A stretch of DNA of 64,000 nucleotides. Origin: Bacteroidota bacterium (GTDB taxonomy: Bacteria > Bacteroidota > Bacteroidia > Bacteroidales > VadinHA17). The notes under the pieces are model-generated. The model ran no database searches. It was not told the DNA's origin and saw nothing but the letters and a program-made list of their open reading frames with translations. Of the stretch, positions 38,811 to 49,404 are shown in pieces. The stretch lies in NCBI GenBank assembly GCA_029547705.1, contig JAKPOU010000042.1:89271-153270 (forward strand), in the 5' to 3' direction. Both the position numbers and the translations under genes were made by a program. Positions within the stretch are counted from its first letter, which is position 1, and every line of letters starts with the position of its first letter.

Positions 38811-39457
38811 CAGTGCCGGTTGTGACCTTTCTTCTTGCCGTACTGCTTGTTTTGCTGTTTTCCGTGTGTCTTGCCCTGTTGCTGCTTTTTCCTGGGCTGG
38901 GGCAGCAATTCTCTTATTTCCAGAATTTTTACGCCTTCGGTTATTTTCAGTCTACCTCCCGACAACTGGTTCAGGTCGGAAATAATTATTTCATCTGTTA
39001 CCTGGTTTCTGTTCCAAGTAACATATGATTTTTTCATCTGGTTTACGATGAGGTTTGTGAGATATTCCTTTTCCGGACCGTCTTCCAGTTTGCAGGCGGC
39101 ATCGATCATTATTTCTATTATTCCCCCATAGTGCAGGAATTTTATATCACCCTGCCGGTAAGGTATCTCATTTGGCTTTTCGGCGAACTTTCCTCTTTCC
39201 GGAGGGGGATAGGGTGAATCAATATCCAGTTCAAAATCTGCAATAAGAGCCAGATGGTCCCACAGTTTGTGCTTGAAATCTCCTTCATCGCGAAGGTGAG
39301 GATTAAGATTACCCATGATCTGGATTAATGTCCTGGCTGCACGGTTCCTCTCATTCCTGTCCTTGATGGTCTTGATGTGATCAGCCATTTTCTGGACATT
39401 TCTGCCGTATTCCGGCAGGGCCATCCTTTTCCTCTGGGTATTGTAGTCGTAGTTCAT
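38810..39457 (-). CDS. DUF4290-like protein with a basic C-terminal tail
   Basis: 215 aa with MALPEYGRNVQKMADHI.... Its stop overlaps the murA start (TGATG). Confidence 0.6.
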   Translation of the reverse strand: MNYDYNTQRKRMALPEYGRNVQKMADHIKTIKDRNERNRAARTLIQIMGNLNPHLRDEGDFKHKLWDHLALIADFELDIDSPYPPPERGKFAEKPNEIPYRQGDIKFLHYGGIIEIMIDAACKLEDGPEKEYLTNLIVNQMKKSYVTWNRNQVTDEIIISDLNQLSGGRLKITEGVKILEIRELLPQPRKKQQQGKTHGKQQNKQYGKKKGHNRH

Positions 39458-39550
39458 CAGAAAATCTGTTTATCGCAAAGCTAATAATTTAAAATAAATA
39501 AGTTACGTGTCAATAAAATAAAAGCCCGGGCTGCACCCCATGATGCATCA

Positions 39551-40735
39551 TTATTCCGCTTCTTTCCCGTACAGTTCCCTGAAGCCTTCATTATGCCTGT
39601 TCAGTAAGGATCTTGAAGTGTTTATGAATCTCTGCATTTGCAGGAAGTCATTCCTGTCATGAAAAAAATCCGGTCTGTTTTCGAATTCACTGCAGGGAAG
39701 GATGTAGAACTGTCTTTTCCCGTCCTCAACGGGAGTATAGACCCATGTGAGGAAGTAGCCTGCATCGGTGATTACAACGCTGCTGTCCCTTCTGGCGACT
39801 TCAATCCTCACCATTGAACCTCCGTCGGTAAGCGGTTTCCTCTGGTTTGAAACGAAATTCCCGAGGGAATAGACTATTGCCTTGTTCCTGAAAACGGGAT
39901 TGTCTTTTTTCCAGACCATCTTTTGCAGGACGTGAGGATGGGAACCGATGATGAGGTCTGCACCCTTGTAGAAAAAGTAGTTGGCAAGGTTGGTCTGTTC
40001 TTCCGAAGGAATGGTATCATATTCGACTCCCCAGTGAAGTGCAAGCACGATCAGGTCGGGCCTGAGCGATCTGGCTTTTTCGATATCGGCAGCTATCCTG
40101 TCTTTGTCTAACATGTTTACAACCACAGGCGGCGGAACGGGAATTCCGTTGGTTCCGTAGGTATAATTGAGAAAGGCGAGTGAAAAACCGTTTTTGTTTA
40201 TTATAAGCGGCTGAAGGGTATCGGCCGAAATCCTGTCGCGAAATATTCCGGTATGCATGATCCCCATACTGTCGAGCCTGGAGATGGTATTCAGGATTCC
40301 CCTGTTTCCGCGGTCTGCCGTATGATTGTTTGCTGTGAACAGGCATTCAATACCCGCATTCATACATGCTGCTGCCAGTGCCGGGGGAGAGCTGAACTGG
40401 GGATATCCCCTGTAGGGTGGTCCGGCCAGGGTAACCTCCAGGTTGGCAGCGGTAAAATCACAGCTTTCAATAATGGGTCTGACATATCTGAACTGGTCAT
40501 CATAATTATATGATTTTGTTTCAGGGTTCCATGCTGCCCTTATCTGGGTATCATGGCCCATTATATCCCCTATAAAGAGTAGGGTGAGCCTTTCCTCCTC
40601 ACTGCCGGGAGCCTGGTTTCCGGCAATGGAGGGCAGGATCAGTAACACCATGCCAAGTATCAGTATGGTTTTAAATGTAGTTTTAAGAAGAATCTCCCGG
40701 AATGCTCCCGTTTCTGATTTTATTGCTTTCATCAC
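39551..40735 (-). CDS. CapA/PGA_cap family metallophosphoesterase-like protein
   Basis: 394 aa with a signal/TM segment, LTLLFIGDIMGHD, and GADLIIGSHPHVLQ. Confidence 0.8.
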   Translation of the reverse strand: MMKAIKSETGAFREILLKTTFKTILILGMVLLILPSIAGNQAPGSEEERLTLLFIGDIMGHDTQIRAAWNPETKSYNYDDQFRYVRPIIESCDFTAANLEVTLAGPPYRGYPQFSSPPALAAACMNAGIECLFTANNHTADRGNRGILNTISRLDSMGIMHTGIFRDRISADTLQPLIINKNGFSLAFLNYTYGTNGIPVPPPVVVNMLDKDRIAADIEKARSLRPDLIVLALHWGVEYDTIPSEEQTNLANYFFYKGADLIIGSHPHVLQKMVWKKDNPVFRNKAIVYSLGNFVSNQRKPLTDGGSMVRIEVARRDSSVVITDAGYFLTWVYTPVEDGKRQFYILPCSEFENRPDFFHDRNDFLQMQRFINTSRSLLNRHNEGFRELYGKEAE

Positions 40736-40746
40736 AGGGCAAAGAT

Positions 40747-40754
40747 AATTTATT
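40747..40754 (+). promoter_or_regulatory. Candidate -7 box TAccTTTG upstream of kup
   Basis: Exact TAnnTTTG match, 45 nt upstream of the ATG at 40799. Confidence 0.35.
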
Positions 40755-40798
40755 TATACCTTTGTTCTCCTTTTTTGCTGTTTATTGTGCTTAAACAG

Positions 40799-42760
40799 AT
40801 GGAAATCATGGAAGCAGGCAAGGATAGTACCGGAATGCGCAGGTTTTCCGCTGCATTGTCAGCAGCCGCACTGGCTATGGTTTTCGGTTCCCTGGGAACC
40901 AGTCCCCTTTATGCGCTGAGATCCCTCGTCAGCATTGGTTCAGGAAATATTGATGAACTGCTGGTTTACGGAGGCCTGTCATGCATTTTCTGGACCCTGA
41001 CCCTTCTGGGCACCATCAAGTATGTGTTTGTGTCACTTGAGGCCGGGAACAATGGCGAAGGCGGCATCTTTGCACTTTTTTCCCTGATAAGGAGCAAGGC
41101 TCCCTGGACTGCCCTTCTGACCATGATAGCCGGTGCGGCCTTTCTTGCCGACGGCGTGATCATGCCTGCAGTTACGGTAACATCCTCAATTGAAGGATTC
41201 AGATTATTGAAGCCCTCATTGCCGGTTTTCCCGATAGTTCTGATAATCATTACCGTACTCTTTTTTGTACAGCAGTTCGGGGCGAACAGGACCGGCAAAT
41301 TCCCCGGTCCGGTCATGGCTGTCTGGTTTGTGATCCTGGCGGCACTGGGGATATCGGGCATTATGACTCATCCGGGCATTCTCAGGGCCCTCAGCCCGGC
41401 CTGGGCATATCATTTCATAAAGGAATACCCCGGCGGCTTCATCCTTCTGGGTGCGGTATTCCTTTCGGTAACCGGCGCAGAAATGATCTATGCGGGTCTT
41501 GGAACCTTCGGCAGCAGGAATATCAGGATTACATGGATATTTGTCAAAACAGCACTTGTCCTGAATTATTTCGGGCAGGGAGCCTGGATAATGTCCAATA
41601 TGAAGTCAGCATCAGGGATCAATCCTTTCTTTTCAATGATGCCCTCATGGTTTCTTGTTCCGGGGATAATAATTGCATCAGCTGCCTCCATTATAGCCAG
41701 CCAGTCAATAATTACGGGATCCTTCAGTCTTATGGGAGAAGCCGTTTCACTTAACCTCTGGCCGAAAATCAAAGTACTTCACCCTACAAAATCAAGGGTC
41801 AATATCTATATTCCGTTTGTCAACTGGTTCCTCTGGATTTCCTGCAGTCTTACCGTGATCATTTTCCGGGAATCGCTTGATATGACCAGGGCATACGGTC
41901 TGGCAATAAATATAATGGAAATAATGACCACCCTGCTGCTGTCATATTACCTGCTGCAGAAAGGTATCAGCCACCGGCTTGTGCTGATATTGCTGATGGT
42001 CTATCTTCTGGCTGAAGGAAGCTTTCTTGCAGCTAATCTGAATAAACTAAGTTCGGGAGGGTGGTATACCATTCTGATCACTTCAGTATTTTTCCTGGTA
42101 ATGTACGGATGGTATTTCGGGCGGAAATTAAAGAACCGTTATATTACTTTTTCCGATCTTGATAAATATCTTGACCTTTTCAGGGATCTTGGGAGGGATG
42201 AATCAATTCCCCTTTATGCCACCAACCTGGTTTATATTATAAAGGCAAACAGGGAGGATCAGGTTGAATCGAAGGTGATATATTCAATATTCCATAAGCA
42301 GCCCAAGAGGGCAAAGACCTACTGGCTTCTTCATGTTGACAGGGTTGATGAACCTAACAGGTTCGACTACAAGGTAAAACAAATTATTCCCGGTCTTCTG
42401 ATCAGAATCGATTTCAGGATAGGATTCAAGGTTGATCCAAGAATCAATCTCTATTTCAGGGAGGTGCTTGAGGATATGATGGAAGCAGGTGAGATATCCC
42501 TTGAAAGCGCTTATGATTCCCTGAAAAAACATGGTCTGCGGGGTGAGTTCATATTTGTACTTATTGACAGGATAATGCTTCGTGATGTCAAGCTGTCGGC
42601 TTCCGAGAATTTCATACTTACTCTTCACCTGCTTGTCAGACGGCTTGGCCAGCCCGAAGAAAAAGCCCTTCACCTGGATTCAACCAGCATCCTGGTAGAG
42701 AAGGTGCCGATAATCATTGATCAGCCTCTGTCTCAAAGAATACGGAGAGTACAGGCTTAA
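40799..42760 (+). CDS. kup: KUP/HAK/KT family potassium transporter
   Basis: It carries FGSLGTSPLYAL near the N-terminus, about 12 TM segments, and a cytoplasmic C-terminal domain. The start is placed at the ATG at 40799. Confidence 0.92.
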   Translation: MEIMEAGKDSTGMRRFSAALSAAALAMVFGSLGTSPLYALRSLVSIGSGNIDELLVYGGLSCIFWTLTLLGTIKYVFVSLEAGNNGEGGIFALFSLIRSKAPWTALLTMIAGAAFLADGVIMPAVTVTSSIEGFRLLKPSLPVFPIVLIIITVLFFVQQFGANRTGKFPGPVMAVWFVILAALGISGIMTHPGILRALSPAWAYHFIKEYPGGFILLGAVFLSVTGAEMIYAGLGTFGSRNIRITWIFVKTALVLNYFGQGAWIMSNMKSASGINPFFSMMPSWFLVPGIIIASAASIIASQSIITGSFSLMGEAVSLNLWPKIKVLHPTKSRVNIYIPFVNWFLWISCSLTVIIFRESLDMTRAYGLAINIMEIMTTLLLSYYLLQKGISHRLVLILLMVYLLAEGSFLAANLNKLSSGGWYTILITSVFFLVMYGWYFGRKLKNRYITFSDLDKYLDLFRDLGRDESIPLYATNLVYIIKANREDQVESKVIYSIFHKQPKRAKTYWLLHVDRVDEPNRFDYKVKQIIPGLLIRIDFRIGFKVDPRINLYFREVLEDMMEAGEISLESAYDSLKKHGLRGEFIFVLIDRIMLRDVKLSASENFILTLHLLVRRLGQPEEKALHLDSTSILVEKVPIIIDQPLSQRIRRVQA

Positions 42761-42861
42761 CTGCCCCGATGTCAAGCTTCTTTTCTGGAAGGGTTTTTAT
42801 TCTGAAAGAAATTATGTTAATTTGGGGAAAGGTAAATCATTATTGTTTCAAGAGGAATCCC

Positions 42862-44712
42862 ATGAAAAAATTACTAAGCGCAGCAATTTTCCTGATTCTT
42901 TTTTCAGGATTTGCACAATCACAGGCTGTTGCCTGGAAGCCGGCCGGCGACAAGATCCTTACCCCGTGGGCGGCTGAAGTCAATCCCCTCAGCCCTCTTC
43001 CGGAATATCCCAGACCTCAGATGGTACGGGATTCCTGGAAAAACCTGAACGGATTGTGGGATTATGCCATCACTCCTTCCGGGAGTGCCAGACCTTCAGT
43101 CTTTGATGGAAAGATCCTGGTTCCCTTTGCTGTGGAATCGGCATTGTCGGGTGTGAACAAGAGCGTCGGACCTGACAATATCCTGTGGTACAGGACCAGG
43201 TTCAACATTCCTTCGGATTTCAGAAGAAAAAATGTACTTCTGCATTTCGGGGCCGTTGACTGGAAGTCGGAAATCTATCTGAACGGAGCACTTGTAGGTT
43301 CTCATCAGGGCGGCTATGATCCCTTTACCTTTGACATCACTGCCTTTATCAGGGGAAGCGGCTCACAGCTCCTGGAGGTTAAAGTGACTGATCCGGTTGA
43401 CCGGGGTCCCCAGCCCAGGGGTAAGCAGGTACTCAAACCCTCGGGGATATGGTATACCTCGGTTACGGGAATATGGCAGACTGTATGGATTGAAGCTGTT
43501 CCCAAGACCTATATATCATCAACAAAGCAGGTTCCCGATATTGACAGGGAGATACTGACACTGGAAGTTGATGTTCAGGAAGCCCTTCCCGGGGACGTGG
43601 TCCGTGTTGAGGCATGGGACGGACGGAATATGATCTCGGATACCGAGGTTGCTGCCGGAACAAAGATTGAGCTGCCTGTTCCGGATCCCAGGCTGTGGTC
43701 GCCTGACGACCCCTTTCTGTATGACCTGAAAATTTCCGTGATGAGAAAAGGGAAGGTGACGGATGAGGTTAAAAGTTATTTTGCCATGAGGAAGATATCG
43801 CTTGAGCCCGATGCTGACGGATGGCTGAGGATGATGCTTAATAACAGGTTTGTTTTTCAGTATGGTCCGCTTGATCAGGGCTGGTGGCCCGACGGATTGT
43901 ATACTGCGCCGACCGATGAGGCATTGCTGTTTGATATTGTAAAAACGAAGGAAATGGGCTTTAATACAATACGCAAGCACGTAAAGTCTGAGCCGGCCAG
44001 ATGGTATTACCACTGTGACAGGACCGGCATGCTGGTCTGGCAGGATATGCCCAGCGGTGACCTGGGCGGAAACCAGTGGAACACCCGTCCCGGAATGGAG
44101 GGCGGATCAGACAAGATACGGACACAGGAGTCGGAAATGATTTTCCGTACTGAATGGAATGCCATAATGGATTATCTTTTCAATTACCCGTGTATTGTCG
44201 TCTGGGTGCCTTTCAACGAAGCCTGGGGCCAGTTCAGGACAGAGGAAATAACGAAATGGACCATGCACAAGGATCCGTCAAGACTGGTAAACAGTGCAAG
44301 CGGAGGAAATTTCCACGAGGTCGGACATATCCTCGACCTGCATAACTATCCGGGTCCCGTAATGGCAAAGCCCGAGGTTTTTGGCACAAAACAGGCTCTT
44401 GTTCTCGGGGAATTCGGCGGACTGGGACTTCCTCTCGAGGGACATACCTGGCTCGACCGTGACAACTGGGGATACAGGACTTTTCAGGATGCGGATACCC
44501 TTTTCAAAACATATTCCGCTTACCTCGGGCAGATGGTTCCGTTTATAAAAAGAGGGCTTTCAGCGGCAATATATACCCAGACCACTGATGTTGAGATAGA
44601 AACCAACGGTCTTCTCACCTATGACAGGAAGGTGATGAAGGTTCCTGCAGAAAAGCTGAGAGCGGCTGCAAGGAAAATGTTTGATGCCGCAAAGGGAATT
44701 TTGTTCAGGTAA
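42862..44712 (+). CDS. Glycoside hydrolase family 2 protein
   Basis: Signal peptide (MKKLLSAAIFLILFSGFAQSQA), a GH2 sugar-binding domain (WKNLNGLWDY), an acid/base-like NEAWGQ motif, and a nucleophile-like LGEFGG motif. Confidence 0.8.
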   Translation: MKKLLSAAIFLILFSGFAQSQAVAWKPAGDKILTPWAAEVNPLSPLPEYPRPQMVRDSWKNLNGLWDYAITPSGSARPSVFDGKILVPFAVESALSGVNKSVGPDNILWYRTRFNIPSDFRRKNVLLHFGAVDWKSEIYLNGALVGSHQGGYDPFTFDITAFIRGSGSQLLEVKVTDPVDRGPQPRGKQVLKPSGIWYTSVTGIWQTVWIEAVPKTYISSTKQVPDIDREILTLEVDVQEALPGDVVRVEAWDGRNMISDTEVAAGTKIELPVPDPRLWSPDDPFLYDLKISVMRKGKVTDEVKSYFAMRKISLEPDADGWLRMMLNNRFVFQYGPLDQGWWPDGLYTAPTDEALLFDIVKTKEMGFNTIRKHVKSEPARWYYHCDRTGMLVWQDMPSGDLGGNQWNTRPGMEGGSDKIRTQESEMIFRTEWNAIMDYLFNYPCIVVWVPFNEAWGQFRTEEITKWTMHKDPSRLVNSASGGNFHEVGHILDLHNYPGPVMAKPEVFGTKQALVLGEFGGLGLPLEGHTWLDRDNWGYRTFQDADTLFKTYSAYLGQMVPFIKRGLSAAIYTQTTDVEIETNGLLTYDRKVMKVPAEKLRAAARKMFDAAKGILFR

Positions 44713-44811
44713 GCGGGAAATAATTATTCCTGTTATCAGGATGAGTCGGCACTGACAAATCAGATTGTCACCGATTTCGCGGAAGACTGATTGAGGACCG
44801 GGCAATATTGC

Positions 44812-44819
44812 TATATTTG
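44812..44819 (+). promoter_or_regulatory. Candidate -7 box TAtaTTTG upstream of the DedA gene
   Basis: Exact TAnnTTTG match, 23 nt upstream of the ATG at 44842. Confidence 0.4.
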
Positions 44820-44841
44820 CAGCCTTGTTTTTTGATTCAAT

Positions 44842-45480
44842 ATGGAAATAATTCAAGCAGTTGTTGACTGGTACATGGTCAACCTGAACTATTTTACCGT
44901 GGCCCTGCTTATGGCCATAGAAAGTTCCTTCATTCCCTTTCCCTCCGAAGTGGTTATTCCCTTTGCTGCCTACAAGGCGGCACAGGGCGGACTGAATGTT
45001 TTCGGCGTGGTCATTGCCGGAACAATCGGGGCATTGATAGGAGCGCTTTTTAACTATTACCTTTCACTTTATCTCGGCAGACCCCTGGTTTACAAATTTG
45101 CAGATTCAAGACTCGGGCGGGTGTTACTTCTTTCGAAGGATAAGGTGCAGCATGCGGAAAACTATTTTATAAGGAACGGTAATTCATCCACTTTCATAGG
45201 AAGGCTTGTTCCTGCGGTGCGGCAGCTTATTTCAATACCTGCAGGCCTTGCGCGGATGGATATGCGTAATTTCCTGCTGTATACCGCTGCAGGGGCGGGA
45301 ATCTGGAATATCATACTGGCCGTTGTCGGTTATTTTGTATATGAACTTCGGGATAAAATCCTGCCGTATATCGGTCATCTGCTGATCGTTCTGGGCGTTG
45401 CCTTCATTGCCTATCTTATAATCAGGGGAAAACTGAACAAGAAGAAAAACAAAGACCAAAACGCAGAGTTTGGGCAGTAA
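44842..45480 (+). CDS. DedA family membrane protein
   Basis: 212 aa with the DedA/SNARE-associated motif (ESSFIPFPSEVVIPFAAY...GRLVPAVRQLISIPAG). Confidence 0.88.
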   Translation: MEIIQAVVDWYMVNLNYFTVALLMAIESSFIPFPSEVVIPFAAYKAAQGGLNVFGVVIAGTIGALIGALFNYYLSLYLGRPLVYKFADSRLGRVLLLSKDKVQHAENYFIRNGNSSTFIGRLVPAVRQLISIPAGLARMDMRNFLLYTAAGAGIWNIILAVVGYFVYELRDKILPYIGHLLIVLGVAFIAYLIIRGKLNKKKNKDQNAEFGQ

Positions 45481-45490
45481 GGGCAGCATT

Positions 45491-46030
45491 TTAAAAAAGT
45501 TGCATCGTTACAGGCTGACCCGAGTATTTTTTTTCGTGGTCGAGAAGCCATTTTTTTCTTCTCACACCGCCACCGTAGCCTACCAGGCTGCCGTCGGAGC
45601 CGATTACCCTGTGGCAGGGAATCACGATTCCTATCCTGTTTGATCCGTTGGCTCCGGCCACTGCCCTGACTGCCAGGGGATTGTTCAGGGCATCAGCCTG
45701 CTGCTGGTAAGAGATGGTTGAGCCATAGGGGATTTTCAGGAGTTCATTCCATACAGCCTGCTGGAACTTTGTTCCGGGCGTCAGAAGGGGAAGATCGAAT
45801 TCTGTTCTCCTGCCGGCAAAATATTCCTTCAGCTGTTTTTTCAGATGTCTCAGATGAATGTTGCGGCCCTGTTTGATTTCTGCATTCAGAAGCTTTTTCA
45901 GATCCCTGAGTTCTCCGGATACCTTCATGCAATCCGCAAATTCAAGAATGCAAATTCCTTCCTCCGTGGCACCTGCAAGCATTTCGCCCAGTGGAGTCCT
46001 GATTCTGGTAGTTTTTATCATGACCTGCAT
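45491..46030 (-). CDS. ogt: Methylated-DNA--protein-cysteine methyltransferase
   Basis: Active site IPCHRVIG. The start is uncertain: ATG candidates lie at 46090, 46030 and 46021. Confidence 0.9.
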   Translation of the reverse strand: MQVMIKTTRIRTPLGEMLAGATEEGICILEFADCMKVSGELRDLKKLLNAEIKQGRNIHLRHLKKQLKEYFAGRRTEFDLPLLTPGTKFQQAVWNELLKIPYGSTISYQQQADALNNPLAVRAVAGANGSNRIGIVIPCHRVIGSDGSLVGYGGGVRRKKWLLDHEKKYSGQPVTMQLF

Positions 46031-46142
46031 ATTAATGTGTTCCGCTTCACTGATCCGGTTCTCAGTGCAATCCCCTGTTCCCTCCGGCACCCTTCAAGCC
46101 CGCAGCTCACCTTCATTTACTGTTTCAGGGGCTGTCCAGGGC

Positions 46143-46532
46143 TTATTTGATGTGTTTTTTGTTGCGGAACCTTATTGCCGACCAGTTTTCATCGAGAGAT
46201 ACCTTTCTTGTCCCGTGAAATCCCAAATCATCAATTGATTTCCAGACATTGTAGCGCTCAGGTTCCGTCGAAAACTTTTTTGAGTATTTTTTCGGATAGC
46301 AGAACCACAAAGTCCCGTCTGCAGTCAGATTATGCAGGGCCACAGGAGAGATGTCACTGACTTCCCTGATGGTGGTGACAAAGATTATCATGAAATTATA
46401 AGGGCATCTCTGATCTATTTCAGTATCTATAATTACTCCCCCGTGCTTATCTGATACTTCTTCAAGAAACTTGTCCCCGGCATTTATTATGGCTATCCTG
46501 TTATGTCCTTTATAATTGAGTTTGCTAAGCAT
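46143..46532 (-). CDS. Hypothetical protein (DUF3052-like?)
   Basis: 129 aa. The pattern ...GTLWFCYPKK...DENWSAIRFR resembles small uncharacterised families. No function can be inferred. Confidence 0.4.
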   Translation of the reverse strand: MLSKLNYKGHNRIAIINAGDKFLEEVSDKHGGVIIDTEIDQRCPYNFMIIFVTTIREVSDISPVALHNLTADGTLWFCYPKKYSKKFSTEPERYNVWKSIDDLGFHGTRKVSLDENWSAIRFRNKKHIK

Positions 46533-46599
46533 ATTTCCTGTCAGAGAATCATAGGAACAGCTAAATTAAGAAAAAATTGAATCAGAGAAAAAAAGGCTG

Positions 46600-46607
46600 T
46601 ATCTTTG
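46600..46607 (+). promoter_or_regulatory. Candidate -7 box TAtcTTTG driving the TPP riboswitch transcript
   Basis: Exact TAnnTTTG match, about 14 nt before the riboswitch core. Confidence 0.5.
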
Positions 46608-46614
46608 TGTTATC

Positions 46615-46695
46615 TGAAAATGGGGTGCCTTAATACTACGGGCTGAGATCATACCCTTACACCTGATCCGGATAATGCCGGCGGAGGGAAGCAAA
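46615..46695 (+). promoter_or_regulatory. TPP (THI-box) riboswitch
   Basis: tGGGGTGCc...gggCTGAGAtcatACCCttacACCTGATCcGGATAATGCCgGCGgaGGGAAgc matches the conserved TPP aptamer blocks: GGGGUGC, CUGAGA, ACCUGAUCNGGAUAAUGCCNGCG and GGGAA. Confidence 0.9.
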
Positions 46696-46774
46696 CTCAC
46701 AATTCACGGCAGCCTGAAAATTAAAACCTCATATTCGGCAGGCAGAGAGTTTAAGCAGAAAAATATGTTGAAAG

Positions 46775-49207
46775 ATGAGGCTAAAGTGTATTTTGATTTT
46801 TTTTGCGTGCATTTTTGTTTTCCGGCAGTCATTTGCTTTCCAGGAAAGCAGTTCCGTGATCCGCGGGAGGATAGGTGACGTTGACGGCAGGCCACTGTCA
46901 GGTGCATCCATAGGCATTGAAGGTACATTCAGGGGAACACATAGCGCTGAAGATGGTTCTTATTATCTTGATGGACTGAAAGATGGTATTTACAGGCTGA
47001 GGTTTTCATTCATCGGTTATGAATCACAGCTTATAAGCGTTGAACTGGCCGGTGAAGTTGTTCTGGATGTGATTCTTCAGGAAAAATCCTTTCTGGCCGG
47101 AGAGGTCATTGTGAATGCTACCAGGGCAGGTTCACGTTCGCCCATGGCATATACTTCGGTTGACAGGGAAACCGTATCGGACCGGAACAGCGGTCTTGAC
47201 CTGCCTTTCCTGCTGAGTCTGACTCCTTCCCTGGTTGAAACATCCGAATCAGGCAACGGGATTGGTTATACCAGTCTCAGAATACGGGGAACCGATGCAA
47301 GCAGGATAAATGTCACTGTTGACGGCATTCCTGCAAATGATTCGGAATCGCAGCAGGTGTTCTGGGTTAATCTGCCTGACATGGCATCCTCTGTTGATAA
47401 TATACAGGTACAGAGAGGAGCAGGAACTTCATCAAACGGTTCCGGAGCATTCGGGGCAACCCTTAATATACAGACCACAACCGCGGGAAATGAACCATTT
47501 GCACAGATAGGCACATCGCTGGGCTCTTTCAATACCTCAAGAAAAATGATTGCTGCAGGTACAGGATTGCTTGCAGACAGATTTGCATTCGGGCTGAGGC
47601 TTTCGGATGTGAAAAGTGACGGATATGTCGACAGGACGGGCTCCGATCACCGCTCAGCATTTATAAACGGCATATTGCGCGGCACACGTTCCAGTCTGAA
47701 AGCCGGTATCATCCTCGGGGAGGAGCATACCGGCATCGGATGGGTTGGGGTTCCTGCAGAAATGCTTTCCGTTAACAGGAAATATAACCCGGCGGGGGAA
47801 TATACCGACATGAACGGTGTTGTACGCTATTATGACAATGAAAGTGATAATTACAGGCAGAACCATTACCGTATTGTTTATGATGCAAGGCGGGGTGAAA
47901 ACTTCAGTTTCAGTTCCGCACTTCATTATACCCATGGCACAGGCTATTATGAGCAGTACAGGGAAAACGCCCGCCTTTCCTCCTACGGCCTCCCGGAGAT
48001 AAGTCTGAACGGGTCAGTAATTACCAGGAGCGACCTCGTCAGAAGGAAATGGATGAAGAACGATTTCTATGGCCTGGTCAGTTCCTTCAGGTACAGGAAT
48101 GAAAAACTGGAGGCTGTTCTCGGAGGCGGAGCCAGCCACTATTCGGGTGACCATTACGGACGGCTGATCTGGATGAGGCATACAGGAGACCTGGAGAAGG
48201 ATCATCAGTGGTATCTGAACAGCGGTATCAAGAGGGAATTCAGCATCTACGGAAAGATTGACTACTCGCTAACCGGGAAGCTTTCCTTCTTTGCTGACCT
48301 GCAGTACAGGCATATCAATTACAGGATGAAGGGCATCGATGATGATCTGAAGGATCTGGACCAGAAACATTATTTCCGTTTCTTTAATCCCAAAACGGGT
48401 CTGTTCTATTCCATTGACCGGAAACAGGATGCATATCTTTCCTTTTCCGTGGCCAGGCGTGAACCTACGAGAACCGATTTCAAGGAAGCCGCGGATGATC
48501 CGCGGGCCACACCAAAACATGAAACACTGCTTGACACAGAGCTCGGATACAAGAGAAGGGCTGAAAGATATTCCGTGGCGGCCAATATGTATGCAATGTT
48601 TTACAGGGACCAGCTCGTGCCGACCGGTGAACTGAGCAGCACGGGCCGTTCAATCATGACGAATGTCCCTAAAAGCCACCGCCTGGGTATTGAACTGATA
48701 TCTGCACTGAAACCTGCTGCATTTTTCAACTGGGATTTCAGCATTACCCTGAGCCGGAATAAGATTACTGGATTTACCGGGTACTATATTGATTATAATA
48801 CATCTGACTGGTCGGAGGAATATAAAAGCAAGGATCTGGGGACGGTAGATATAGCATATTCCCCTTCCCTTACAGGCGTCAGTGACATAGAATTCAGAGT
48901 TTTTAAAAATACTGATCTGCATTTTATAAGCAAGTATGTGGGGAAGCAATATTTTGACAATACCATGAACAGCGAAAGGATGATAGATCCGTATTTCGTC
49001 AATAATTTCCGTATTGACTCCGAACCTGTGGTAAGGGGATTGAAAAACACGCGTTTCCAGTTCATGCTGAACAATATTTTCAACAGCATGTACGTGAGCA
49101 ATGCCTACGGCGGCAGCTGGTATGAAGACGGGATAGAAAAGACATGGGCTTATTATTTCCCTCAGGCAGGAATAAATTTCATGTTAAGGGCCGAAGTACT
49201 GTTCTGA
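46775..49207 (+). CDS. TonB-dependent outer-membrane receptor, thiamine-regulated (OMthi-like)
   Basis: 810 aa with a signal peptide, a CarboxypepD_reg-like domain, a plug, a 22-strand-type barrel and a terminal Phe. It lies directly behind the TPP riboswitch. Confidence 0.88.
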   Translation: MRLKCILIFFACIFVFRQSFAFQESSSVIRGRIGDVDGRPLSGASIGIEGTFRGTHSAEDGSYYLDGLKDGIYRLRFSFIGYESQLISVELAGEVVLDVILQEKSFLAGEVIVNATRAGSRSPMAYTSVDRETVSDRNSGLDLPFLLSLTPSLVETSESGNGIGYTSLRIRGTDASRINVTVDGIPANDSESQQVFWVNLPDMASSVDNIQVQRGAGTSSNGSGAFGATLNIQTTTAGNEPFAQIGTSLGSFNTSRKMIAAGTGLLADRFAFGLRLSDVKSDGYVDRTGSDHRSAFINGILRGTRSSLKAGIILGEEHTGIGWVGVPAEMLSVNRKYNPAGEYTDMNGVVRYYDNESDNYRQNHYRIVYDARRGENFSFSSALHYTHGTGYYEQYRENARLSSYGLPEISLNGSVITRSDLVRRKWMKNDFYGLVSSFRYRNEKLEAVLGGGASHYSGDHYGRLIWMRHTGDLEKDHQWYLNSGIKREFSIYGKIDYSLTGKLSFFADLQYRHINYRMKGIDDDLKDLDQKHYFRFFNPKTGLFYSIDRKQDAYLSFSVARREPTRTDFKEAADDPRATPKHETLLDTELGYKRRAERYSVAANMYAMFYRDQLVPTGELSSTGRSIMTNVPKSHRLGIELISALKPAAFFNWDFSITLSRNKITGFTGYYIDYNTSDWSEEYKSKDLGTVDIAYSPSLTGVSDIEFRVFKNTDLHFISKYVGKQYFDNTMNSERMIDPYFVNNFRIDSEPVVRGLKNTRFQFMLNNIFNSMYVSNAYGGSWYEDGIEKTWAYYFPQAGINFMLRAEVLF

Positions 49208-49404
49208 AAATGCCGGAAGCCCTTATTTCACCAGCAAGACTCACGAAAAACCACTGCCCGGTTCGGAACTGCATTCAGCATACTGCATCCGCTATATTTT
49301 ATTTGTCAGATCATTTTTCCCCGGCTTTATTGCCCTGATCACAGGATTTCGGTTGCCGGCTTAAGGGAAATCATTAATTTCGAGGCTTCCGTCCGAATTG
49401 AGTT

